64,000 bases of DNA from a gamma proteobacterium SCGC AAA076-P13 (lineage in GTDB: Bacteria > Pseudomonadota > Gammaproteobacteria > Magnimaribacterales > D2472), in the NCBI GenBank assembly GCA_000384935.1, contig ARRA01000004.1:12834-76833 (forward strand). The letters are read 5' to 3'. The translations under genes were made by a program, and so were the position numbers. The stretch's first letter is position 1. Every line of letters begins with the position of its first letter. Shown here piece after piece: positions 19,178 to 27,836 of the stretch. The notes under the pieces are model-generated. The model was given only the letters and a program-made list of their open reading frames with translations, was not told the DNA's origin and made no database searches.

Positions 19178-19753
19178 ATGCGACAAGCAAAAGTGCTGAC
19201 AAAGGAACAAATAAAAAAGGTATTAAAGGTATGCCAACTAACAAGACACGAAGATAGAAATAGATTTATTGTTTATCTTTCTTTTTTAAGTGGAATGAGG
19301 GCAATTGAAATTGCTAACTTGCGAGTAAACAATGTTGTAAATGCTGAAAATGAAGTATTAGACACTATTGCTTTAGACAAAACGCAAACAAAGGGCAATA
19401 AAGGGCAGACTGTTTATGTTGGTAAAGCATTAAGAAAAGAGATTGCTGTTTATTTTAAGAAGTTTCCTCATTTATTAAATAATAAAGAAGGTAGTTTAAT
19501 CAAAACTCAAAAAGGCAAAACAACAAGTGCCACTATTCAGTATGTATTTAAGCAGTTATATGAGTTAGCAAACATACCTAACGCAACATCACATAGTGGG
19601 CGTAGAAGTTTTATAACTGAATTAAGTGAAAAGGGCGTTAGTGTTCGTGTGATACAAGAACTTGCTCGTCATAGTTCCTTACAAACTACGCAAAGGTACA
19701 TAGATGTGAGTGTGCCAAAACTTAAAGGGGCTGTAGATTTAATAAATGTTTAA
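19178..19753 (+). CDS. short tyrosine recombinase (catalytic domain only)
   Basis: SGMRAIEI (R), TKG (K), SHSGRRSF (HxxR), LARHSS (H), TQRY (Y); GGAG SD. Confidence 0.93.
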   Translation: MRQAKVLTKEQIKKVLKVCQLTRHEDRNRFIVYLSFLSGMRAIEIANLRVNNVVNAENEVLDTIALDKTQTKGNKGQTVYVGKALRKEIAVYFKKFPHLLNNKEGSLIKTQKGKTTSATIQYVFKQLYELANIPNATSHSGRRSFITELSEKGVSVRVIQELARHSSLQTTQRYIDVSVPKLKGAVDLINV

Positions 19754-19967
19754 TTATTTAATGGATTTAATTATAGGCGTATTTAATTTCGCCTTTAATT
19801 TCGTGTATTACACCTTAATTATTGTGGGAATATTATTTTTATTCGTAATAATTGGGTAAATGAATGCTTACTAAAGCCTATAACCACAGTATTTTCGGCT
19901 AATTAGACTTAATCTAAGCTTCTCTAAGCAGTTTTATTGAAATATTAGTGTGTTTATACCCAATTAC

Positions 19968-20438
19968 TTAAGTAATGCTTGTTAAGTAGGGTTTTAATAG
20001 GGGAGTTTTCTTAGTAATTTCGGCTGAAATTTCCCAATAATTCTTTGCTGTCATATCAGTTTTACCATTTAAGTATTCAAATAGTTTTTCTGTCTGTGTG
20101 TACTTGTAGTTATCTTCTTCTCCTTTGCTACAAGCAACCCAATCTCCCATTAGTAAACTAATGCCAAAAGCATTCCAACTTTCGAACATACACTTTTGTT
20201 TATCGCTTAAATGAATATCCCTAATAATTATCTCAACTAACTTGTTTACACATTGGTTGTAATCGCTATTGTTAAAAATAGGATGTCGATTTATGAACAA
20301 ATGTATTAGTTCTCTATTGTTAGTTGTGAACTTAACCTCTTCTTCTTCATCTCCAAAAATTAAAGGTACAGTAATTTTTACTGATTGAACTTTTACATAT
20401 TGGTTTTTATAGACTGTTATATTTTCAAACTCATTCAT
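19968..20438 (-). CDS. hypothetical protein downstream of the integrase
   Basis: GAGGAG SD before ATG at 20438 (MNEFENITV), 10 nt downstream of the integrase stop. Confidence 0.65.
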   Translation of the reverse strand: MNEFENITVYKNQYVKVQSVKITVPLIFGDEEEEVKFTTNNRELIHLFINRHPIFNNSDYNQCVNKLVEIIIRDIHLSDKQKCMFESWNAFGISLLMGDWVACSKGEEDNYKYTQTEKLFEYLNGKTDMTAKNYWEISAEITKKTPLLKPYLTSIT

Positions 20439-20448
20439 TCTTCTCTCC

Positions 20449-21873
20449 TCAATCTTCATAGTTCTTTAGTAGTTGCTTCATTGCTTCTACTATTTTCTGC
20501 TCTTCTTTTTTATTAGTTTTTTTGAATTTCATATCACTTGCTAAGCCTACAAAAGCACTTGCTAATGAAGTTGCTTGTGCTTTGTTGTAAAACTTATCTA
20601 ATACGACAGCACTATTTCCTAATTGCTCTGCTACTAAAACTCCATTACTTGTTTCTTCTAATAACTCTGTTGCGTATGTATGTCTCAAACTATACAAACT
20701 TCGTTTGTTGCCTTCTTTGTTCTCATACAGTTTTATATCTTTAAGCAACTTCATAAATGCTTTGCTTGTTTGCTCACTTAACCTTTTGTTTCGTGCTTCT
20801 AACTTTGCTTTACTAAGTTTGCTCACACCAACTTCACTTGCTAATCGCACAACATACTCATCACAGTTAAACAGCTCTTTTAAGCAATCTCTTTTATTCT
20901 TTTCAGTTTTAAGTTTGTTTTTCTTATTGTGCTTGTTCCAAATGTCGCTGCTCTTTTCAGTTCTACTTGCTATGCGTAGTAGGGCGTTTTCAAATGCTCC
21001 ACTTGATGTTCGTATTATTACCTTCCTACTTGCTTTAGTTTTTGTTTCATTCTGTTTTAAGTAGCAAACCAAATACTCTTTTACATCAGCATCACTAAAA
21101 AACTGTTCTTCAACTTTACCTAACGCAGTCACTTGCTCATATTCAAAACTACTAAATCGTACTCGCATTATTTCTAAGCCAACTCTAATAGCACTATGAA
21201 GTAGTAAGAAGTAATAGTCGTATAGCAGTTCTGCTATTTCATTTGTAGTTTTGTTTTTGCTTTTGTTTGCTCGTTTGTTAGTTAGGGCAGTACGGACTTT
21301 TTGTTGCTGTGCTTTTGTAAAATGTAATCTCTTTGTTGCTTCAGTCACATTCGTTTTTACAAAATCAATTTCGTTGTTTATGTAGTTATTGTTTTTAGCA
21401 AACTTCATTAAGGCGTTCCAACTTGCTTGTTGTGTGTTTTGCCTTGTCCTACTTATTGCTTCTTTTCTTTGGGAAACAAACTCTTCTACATCTTGTTCCT
21501 TAATAGCAGTCATCACATAACTGCTAAAAAACTTCATAAACTTATTTTCAATTGTTGTTATGTATTCGCTTTCAATATCTTTAGCAATGCCTTTTTCAAT
21601 TCTGTCTTTAGTTTTAGCAATGTACTCTTTTGCTACAAAACCAAATGTCTTGTTTACAACAACAGCTCCCTTTGTTTCGTTTCTAAAAATATCTTCTGCT
21701 ATTTGTTTTGCTACAGCAGTTGCTTTGCGTAGTTCAGTTTCGCTTGTGCTTTGTCTGTAGTATTTGTTTTTCTGTGTAGCACTCTTCACAGAGACTTGAT
21801 AGAACTTGCTGTTCTTTCTCATACTTAAAGTTATGAAACTATCTACCTTCTTTTCTTTCATACCCTCACTCAA
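20449..21873 (-). CDS. tyrosine integrase of the tRNA-Ile2 element
   Basis: N-terminal arm-binding-like YYRQSTSETELRKA; SAIRVGLE (R), TK, LYSLRHTYAT, QLGNS, KFY; adjacent to attR. Confidence 0.9.
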   Translation of the reverse strand: MSEGMKEKKVDSFITLSMRKNSKFYQVSVKSATQKNKYYRQSTSETELRKATAVAKQIAEDIFRNETKGAVVVNKTFGFVAKEYIAKTKDRIEKGIAKDIESEYITTIENKFMKFFSSYVMTAIKEQDVEEFVSQRKEAISRTRQNTQQASWNALMKFAKNNNYINNEIDFVKTNVTEATKRLHFTKAQQQKVRTALTNKRANKSKNKTTNEIAELLYDYYFLLLHSAIRVGLEIMRVRFSSFEYEQVTALGKVEEQFFSDADVKEYLVCYLKQNETKTKASRKVIIRTSSGAFENALLRIASRTEKSSDIWNKHNKKNKLKTEKNKRDCLKELFNCDEYVVRLASEVGVSKLSKAKLEARNKRLSEQTSKAFMKLLKDIKLYENKEGNKRSLYSLRHTYATELLEETSNGVLVAEQLGNSAVVLDKFYNKAQATSLASAFVGLASDMKFKKTNKKEEQKIVEAMKQLLKNYED

Positions 21874-21920
21874 ATAGTGTAAAATTCACTTCTCTTTTTA
21901 ATAGCAATTATTATAAAGCA

Positions 21921-21956
21921 AGTGTGTCAGAGTGTGTAAGGATTTTTGACACATAT
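21921..21956. repeat. putative integrase arm-binding sites, right end
   Basis: Tandem AGTGTGTCAG / AGTGTGTAAG (21921-21940) plus inverted TGACACATAT (21947-21956). Confidence 0.7.
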
Positions 21957-21973
21957 ATTTTTAGAGATATGCT
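21946..21973 (+). promoter_or_regulatory. element-encoded sigma70 promoter for the restored tRNA-Ile2
   Basis: TTGACA (21946-21951)-N16-TATGCT (21968-21973), 21 bp upstream of the tRNA. Confidence 0.65.
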
Positions 21974-21994
21974 TGTAAAGGTTGATTTAACAAG

Positions 21995-22071
21995 GGGCCT
22001 GTAGCTCAGTTGGTTAGAGCAGTGGACTCATAATCCATTGGTCGTAGGTTCGAGTCCTACCGGGCCCACCA
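21995..22071 (+). tRNA. ileX: tRNA-Ile2 (anticodon CAT, lysidine-modified type); contains attR
   Basis: Full cloverleaf GGGCCTG..CTCATAA..GTAGGTTCGAGTCCTAC-CGGGCCCACCA; resembles ileX rather than Met tRNAs; located downstream of rpoD. Confidence 0.9.
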
Positions 22072-22114
22072 TCTTCTTCTGTTAAGCTATACTCCTTATC
22101 TTTATGGAGTATCA

Positions 22115-23419
22115 ATGTCTAATATAATTAACGAATCCTTTGTATTGCCATGTGGGCAAGTAATTAAAAATCGTATTTGCAAAGCAGCGATGACTGAACG
22201 AATTGCTAAAGGTAACAATCTAGTGCATCAAGGACATGTCAATTTATATGAGAGATGGGCAGATGGTGATATTGGCATCTTATTAACCGGCAATGTTCAA
22301 ATTGATCGTCGAAATTTAGAAGGGCCAGCAAATGTAGTTATAGATTCAAATAACTATAAAGAACAATTAGATGATTTAAAGGCATGGTCTGCAGCTGGAA
22401 CAAAAAATAATACTCAGCTATGGATGCAAATCTCACATGCTGGCAGACAAACTCCTGGTGAAATAAATTCCTCACCTTTAGCGCCCTCAGATATTGGTTT
22501 AAAAATTCCTGGAAAGAATTACGGCATCCCAACCCCTATGACTGAAGAGGATATTTTAGATGTTATAGAAAGGTTTGTTTTCACTGCAAAAATTGCTAGA
22601 GAAACAGGCTTTACTGGCGTTCAATTTCACTCTGCACATGGTTATCTTTTATCAGAGTTTTTATCACCTGATATCAATAATAGAACTGATGCATGGGGTG
22701 GAAATATTCAAAATAGAGCTAGAATTCATTTAGAAATTATTAAGAGATGCAGAGAAGAGGTGGGAACAGATTTCCCTATTTCAGTAAAACTAAATTCTGC
22801 AGATTTTCAAAAAGGTGGGTTTACAGCTAGTGAATCTATTCAAGTTGCACAGATGCTTGAAAATGAAGGTGTGGATATTATAGAAATTTCAGGAGGCACA
22901 TACGAACAACCTAAATTAATAGGTGTTGATGACTTAAGTATTAACCCCAAAAGAAATGAAAAAAGAAAAGAAAGCACTGTTGCCAGGGAGGCCTACTTTC
23001 TTGAATATGCACAGGACATCAGAAAGGCAGTTTCTTTGCCATTAATGGTTACAGGAGGATTTAGAACTAAGGATGGTATCGAAGATGCTTTAAAAAGTAA
23101 TATTTGCCAAATAGTTGGTATAGGAAGACCTTTATGTGCAGATCCTTACTGTGTTAAAAAAATGATAGCAGGTGAGCTAAACGAATTACCTAGTTTGGAA
23201 AAAACTCTTTCACTAGGACCTTCAATCCTTTCTCCTTCTAGTCCGTTTACTATAATTAAGGTAATTAATGCATTTGGTGCAATGGCATGGTTTTATCAGC
23301 AGATTAAAAATATGTCTAAGGGACTAATGCCTAATCATAAACAGAAACTTTTTAATGCCTTTAGATCAGATATGAAAGCTGACAAAATTGCAGTAAAAGA
23401 TTATTTAGATAGCCATTAA
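22115..23419 (+). CDS. NADH:flavin oxidoreductase (Old Yellow Enzyme family)
   Basis: KNRICKAAMTE, QISHAGRQ, HSAHGYLLSEFLSP, NRTDAWGG, ISGGTYE. Confidence 0.92.
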   Translation: MSNIINESFVLPCGQVIKNRICKAAMTERIAKGNNLVHQGHVNLYERWADGDIGILLTGNVQIDRRNLEGPANVVIDSNNYKEQLDDLKAWSAAGTKNNTQLWMQISHAGRQTPGEINSSPLAPSDIGLKIPGKNYGIPTPMTEEDILDVIERFVFTAKIARETGFTGVQFHSAHGYLLSEFLSPDINNRTDAWGGNIQNRARIHLEIIKRCREEVGTDFPISVKLNSADFQKGGFTASESIQVAQMLENEGVDIIEISGGTYEQPKLIGVDDLSINPKRNEKRKESTVAREAYFLEYAQDIRKAVSLPLMVTGGFRTKDGIEDALKSNICQIVGIGRPLCADPYCVKKMIAGELNELPSLEKTLSLGPSILSPSSPFTIIKVINAFGAMAWFYQQIKNMSKGLMPNHKQKLFNAFRSDMKADKIAVKDYLDSH

Positions 23420-23593
23420 ATAACTAATTTTTAACCTCAGTTTTTTACTTGGATAGATACTTTCTAAAACATTTTTTTAACCCCCTAAATTTTGATTTAC
23501 AAAATTAAAAAAAAGGCGTAAGTTTATTAAAAACGCTTATGTAAATTATATACATTAAGTAGTCATAACTTTAAATTTCGGGGGGAACTTAAT

Positions 23594-24898
23594 ATGACCA
23601 ATCCAAACCACCCTAGTGTTGATCAAAGCGATCGCGTAGTACCTTATAACCTTAGACAGAGCGGCCGAACGCCTGTTCAGATGTTGATTTCAACTCGAGT
23701 AAGGAAGTCACCTTTTTGGCATCTTTCTCATGAAGCTGGTTGCTGGAGAGCAACTGTTTACAATCGTATTTATCACCCAAGAGGCTATGTAAGACCTGAA
23801 GATGGTGGTGCTATGGTCGAGTATGAGGCATTAGTGAATCGAGTAACTATGTGGAATGTTGCTGTTGAAAGACAGATAAGAGTAAAAGGACCTGATGCAG
23901 AAGCTTTTACTGATTACGTTATTACTCGTGATGCAACGAAGATTGAACCAGGAAATGGTAAATATGCAATTTTGTGTAACGATAAAGGAGGGGTTCTTAA
24001 CGATCCTGTTTTATTAAGATTAACAGAAGATGAATTTTGGTTTTCTATTTCAGATAGTGATTTATTACTTTGGCTGCAAGGTGTAAATGTCACTAAAAAG
24101 TATGACGTAGTAATTGATGAAATTGATGTATGTCCTGTTCAAATCCAAGGGCCTCTTTCTGAAAATCTTATGGCTAAATTAGCTGGTGAAGAACTTAGAG
24201 ATGTTCCTTATTATGGAATCATGGAAACTCAGATTGGTGGGGCAGATGTAGTGATTAGCCAAACTGGATTCACTGGAGAAAAAGGTTACGAAATTTATGT
24301 TCGTGATGCCCATCAAAATGCTGAAAAAGTATGGAATGCAGTTCTCGAGGGAGGTGAGGAATTTGGTTTAATGGTAATTGCTCCAGCTCACCATCGAAGA
24401 ATTGCTGCCGGTATTTTATCTTGGGGACAAGACTTAGATCATGAAACCTCACCTTTTCAGGTTAACTTGGCCTACCAAGTACCTCGTAATAAATCTGCAG
24501 ATTATATTGGTAAAGAGGCGCTTGAAAAACAACGCGCCATGATTGATGAAGGAACTCCACCATTTAAAATGAGAATGGTTGGAATTACTCTAGGTGGAAA
24601 AGAAATCACAGACTATGCTCCTGATTTTTGGTTAATAGCAGATACCGATGGAAATGATATGGGTTATGTTACTTCTCCTTGGTGGTCTCCAGAATTAGGC
24701 ACAAATATAGCTCTTGCATGGGTACCATGGGCATCATCAGATTTAGGAACTAAATTACTAGTTAGACTTCCAGATGAATTTTCGGTGTCACCTGGGGTTC
24801 CGGTTGATGGAGAAATTGTAGATGTACCATTTAGAGAGTCTGTCAATCCAAATAAAAGAGAAGTTCAGTCAGCAAAAGGGCTAGATTTCGCTGACTAA
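23594..24898 (+). CDS. GcvT-family aminomethyltransferase/demethylase (DmdA-related)
   Basis: VRKSPF, VYNR, WNVAVERQI, QIQGP, SQTGFTGEKGYEI. Confidence 0.82.
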   Translation: MTNPNHPSVDQSDRVVPYNLRQSGRTPVQMLISTRVRKSPFWHLSHEAGCWRATVYNRIYHPRGYVRPEDGGAMVEYEALVNRVTMWNVAVERQIRVKGPDAEAFTDYVITRDATKIEPGNGKYAILCNDKGGVLNDPVLLRLTEDEFWFSISDSDLLLWLQGVNVTKKYDVVIDEIDVCPVQIQGPLSENLMAKLAGEELRDVPYYGIMETQIGGADVVISQTGFTGEKGYEIYVRDAHQNAEKVWNAVLEGGEEFGLMVIAPAHHRRIAAGILSWGQDLDHETSPFQVNLAYQVPRNKSADYIGKEALEKQRAMIDEGTPPFKMRMVGITLGGKEITDYAPDFWLIADTDGNDMGYVTSPWWSPELGTNIALAWVPWASSDLGTKLLVRLPDEFSVSPGVPVDGEIVDVPFRESVNPNKREVQSAKGLDFAD

Positions 24899-24989
24899 AA
24901 ACTAGAACTTTATTTATCACTTTTAGCAGGCTTGAGTTTACTTAGGCCTACTGACTGCAAAATTTAAACAAAGTAAGCTAATATAACTC

Positions 24990-26219
24990 ATGGATTACAT
25001 TACGTATGCTGTGCCTTTTTTCCTGTTAGCTCTCTTAGCAGAGCTTGCCTATGGCATAGCAATTAAGAAAAATACATACAGGCTTAATGACGCCATCAGC
25101 AACTTATTTATGGGGACGCTACGCACAGCAAATAAGCTAATTATCATTGGTGCAGCTGGTTATGTTTTTTATACTGTTGAAACCAAGTTCGCTTTATGGC
25201 GCATGGATGCATCTTTAGCTATCACTTGGATTTTTGCATTTGTTGTTTATGATTTTTTTTATTATTGGTTTCATCGCATCAGTCATGAAAGGCAAATTTT
25301 TTGGGCTTCTCATGCCGCTCACCATCAAAGCGAGGATTACAATCTAAGCACTGCCTTGAGGCAAACGGGAACCGGCGCATTCGTTAGTTGGGTTTTTTAT
25401 ACTCCAATGTTTCTCATAGGGGTTCCCTCATATGTATTTGTAAGTGTTGCCTCTTTAAACCTTATTTATCAATTTTGGGTTCATAGTGAGCATATACCTA
25501 AGCTTGGATGGTATGAAAACTATTTTGTAACCGCCTCAAACCATAGGGTCCATCACGCCCAAAACGAGCAATATATTGATAAAAATTATGGTGGTGTATT
25601 TATTATTTGGGATAGGATGTTTGGGACTCACAAAGTAGAGGATGAGAATGAAGCCTGTATTTACGGAATAAGAAGTACATTGAATACATTTAATCCTATT
25701 TGGGCAAACCTTCATGTTTACGTAAAAATAATGAAAGAAATATGGTTCTCTAAAGACTGGAAAGATAAGCTATATGCTCCTTTTGCTCGGACTAGCTGGA
25801 CTCCCAAAAGCTTCTCATTAAAATCCCATAAAGATAATTTTGATCCTGAAACTTTTAAGAAATATGACCCTATAATTACAAAGAACCAAAAAATATATGC
25901 ACTTTTCCAATATCTTTTTATAACTTATATTTTTTTAGCGTTTATACAAAGTGGCTATTTAAATTATTTAGAGCTATGGTTAACTATCTGCATGATGACT
26001 TTAACAATGTATTGCACAACAATGTGGTTTGATGGAAAAGATATAATAAAGGTAGAGATTATTCGACTCACTCTATGCTTACTGATTGGAGCATACGCTT
26101 TTTATCAGACCTCTTTGATATCTATTGCGGCAAGTGTAATAATTTATGCACTAATTAATTTATTGGTTTTACCATTTATAAATAATTACAAAATACCTTC
26201 TTTAGCTCAACAATCTTAA
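24990..26219 (+). CDS. sterol desaturase / alkylglycerol monooxygenase-like fatty acid hydroxylase
   Basis: His boxes YWFHRISH, HAAHHQSE, HRVHH, DKNYGG. Confidence 0.85.
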   Translation: MDYITYAVPFFLLALLAELAYGIAIKKNTYRLNDAISNLFMGTLRTANKLIIIGAAGYVFYTVETKFALWRMDASLAITWIFAFVVYDFFYYWFHRISHERQIFWASHAAHHQSEDYNLSTALRQTGTGAFVSWVFYTPMFLIGVPSYVFVSVASLNLIYQFWVHSEHIPKLGWYENYFVTASNHRVHHAQNEQYIDKNYGGVFIIWDRMFGTHKVEDENEACIYGIRSTLNTFNPIWANLHVYVKIMKEIWFSKDWKDKLYAPFARTSWTPKSFSLKSHKDNFDPETFKKYDPIITKNQKIYALFQYLFITYIFLAFIQSGYLNYLELWLTICMMTLTMYCTTMWFDGKDIIKVEIIRLTLCLLIGAYAFYQTSLISIAASVIIYALINLLVLPFINNYKIPSLAQQS

Positions 26220-26394
26220 ATCATTAGGTGCATTGATATGTTTATTTTTCATGCTTTTTAATCTATATTCATCAATATGACTAAGTGGAAATTTCTGTTT
26301 TTATTATTTTTATCCTTGTTACTTCCAGTAATTTTTATTCGAATGTTTATAGGGTACTAAATATTGAAATTTTAAAAATTATGGAGAATTATTA

Positions 26395-27564
26395 ATGATC
26401 GACTCTACTAAATCTATCGAAGCATGTGCTGCCTATTATGGAGATGATGCTGATGCCATGAAAAGCTATTTAATTGAAGGAGAGAAGAGAGCCCTTAATT
26501 TAGACAATCGAGGACCTATTTCTTTTGAAGGCGACGGCGCTCTTTCAAGTCATATTCGTGAAGCTTATTCTAAATATGGTTTTTACATATTTGAAGGCGC
26601 ATTAACCGATGATGAAGTAGAAGACATTAAAAGTGATATCAAAGAATTACGATCTAAGTTTCCAACCGGACCTGAAAGCACTCTTAGCTCAAATGGTGAG
26701 CCGGCAATGAATGCAAATTCAAAAGCTCTAACGTTGGTGTGGTCAAAGCCTCTTGGAGATCCATTAGGTGGAACTGAGCTTGCAAATGGAAGGCATCAAA
26801 TAAAAATGTTTGAGCCTAAAGCAAAGGAAGATGCCCCTTCGGCAGTTCCTCTAATATTGCTAGGGTCTCTGCAATTTTCTGATGCATGCCTTCGAACCTA
26901 TGCAAATCCAAATATCCTAAGAGTAGCTGAATCTATCAATGGCAAAGATTTTGCCCCATTCAATGAGGCGCTATTCATAAAAGAGCCTGGTATTGGCGCT
27001 GCAGTTTCATGGCATCAAGATGGTGTAACGCATTGGGATAGTGAAGACTTCAATGAAGATATCCATGGGTTTAATTTCATGGCTCAAGCTTATGGAAGTA
27101 CTGCTGTAAATGGAGTTTGGGTAATGCCTGGTACTCATAAAACTGGGAAAATTGATATTAAAAAACTTGTTGCAGAAACAGGTAGCGAACGCTTGGATGG
27201 AGCAGTGCCTATAGTTTGCAACCCAGGTGATGTAGTTATATGCAATAGACAGATATTGCATGGTTCTTTCCCAAACTGTGGGTTTGAGCCTCGTATAACT
27301 GTTAACTTTGGATTTCATAAAAGATCATCTGTCTTAGGTATTAAAGGCGGCGGCATACATAGTGAATCTCAAGTTTTTGACGAAGAAATCATCACAAGAA
27401 GATCAAGAGCAATGGGATATGCAATCGAAGCAAGAAAACAAAAATACCCTTCAGAAGTAGCATTCTCATACCAACCTTTTAAAGAGGCAGATACATCTTT
27501 TGAATGGAATAATGAATCTAGAAAAGATTTAAAAGACTACAATCTAGAGGATTTGAGTATTTAA
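26395..27564 (+). CDS. phytanoyl-CoA dioxygenase (PhyH) family Fe/2OG enzyme
   Basis: WHQD, NGVWVMPGTHK, PGDVV..LHGS..R. Confidence 0.85.
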   Translation: MIDSTKSIEACAAYYGDDADAMKSYLIEGEKRALNLDNRGPISFEGDGALSSHIREAYSKYGFYIFEGALTDDEVEDIKSDIKELRSKFPTGPESTLSSNGEPAMNANSKALTLVWSKPLGDPLGGTELANGRHQIKMFEPKAKEDAPSAVPLILLGSLQFSDACLRTYANPNILRVAESINGKDFAPFNEALFIKEPGIGAAVSWHQDGVTHWDSEDFNEDIHGFNFMAQAYGSTAVNGVWVMPGTHKTGKIDIKKLVAETGSERLDGAVPIVCNPGDVVICNRQILHGSFPNCGFEPRITVNFGFHKRSSVLGIKGGGIHSESQVFDEEIITRRSRAMGYAIEARKQKYPSEVAFSYQPFKEADTSFEWNNESRKDLKDYNLEDLSI

Positions 27565-27579
27565 GAAATATGAAAACTC

Positions 27580-27792
27580 ATGTATAAAATCTTATCAATA
27601 TTTTTAATCCTTGGTATTGTTGGGTGCGAACAAATGTCTGGTGAAAATGCCCCGAAACCTCCTTTTGCAGATATTGAAGACTGCATAGAGTATGTAAATA
27701 AATTAGATGCAAAAAAAGGCTACCCAAAAAGAAAAAAAGAATCGGTTATTCGTGAATGCAAGAACAGCAATAATCTAATGGTGTCTGAATAA
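27580..27792 (+). CDS. small putative lipoprotein
   Basis: Hydrophobic signal ending IVGC. Confidence 0.55.
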   Translation: MYKILSIFLILGIVGCEQMSGENAPKPPFADIEDCIEYVNKLDAKKGYPKRKKESVIRECKNSNNLMVSE

Positions 27793-27836
27793 TTAGAATA
27801 TTTCATATAGACAAGAACGTGTGGCAGAATTAAAGG

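Larger units (their letters stand above)
14705..22034. mobile_element. ~7.3 kb tRNA-Ile2-integrated element (integrase, second tyrosine recombinase, HUH Rep); putative phage satellite or integrative rolling-circle element
   Basis: Bounded by 40-bp tRNA direct repeats; integrase next to the right end; repeated arm-type motifs at both ends; oligonucleotide usage differs from the flanks. Confidence 0.92.

Noticed and set aside
19093..19257. 54-aa basic ORF overlapping the start of the short recombinase
   Set aside because: Out-of-frame overlap, no SD, composition explained by A-rich sequence
14705..22034. Prophage or inovirus call for the element
   Set aside because: No recognisable capsid, terminase, tail, lysis, Zot-like ATPase or small TM coat genes
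21995..22071. Calling this tRNA-Met
   Set aside because: Lacks the initiator C1:A72 mismatch and GGG/CCC anticodon stem; sequence and position after rpoD fit Ile2
23539..23555. ATGTA-N7-TACAT palindrome and TTATATACA shared with the methyltransferase upstream region (37791-37799)
   Set aside because: Spacing differs between the sites and AT-rich chance matches are likely
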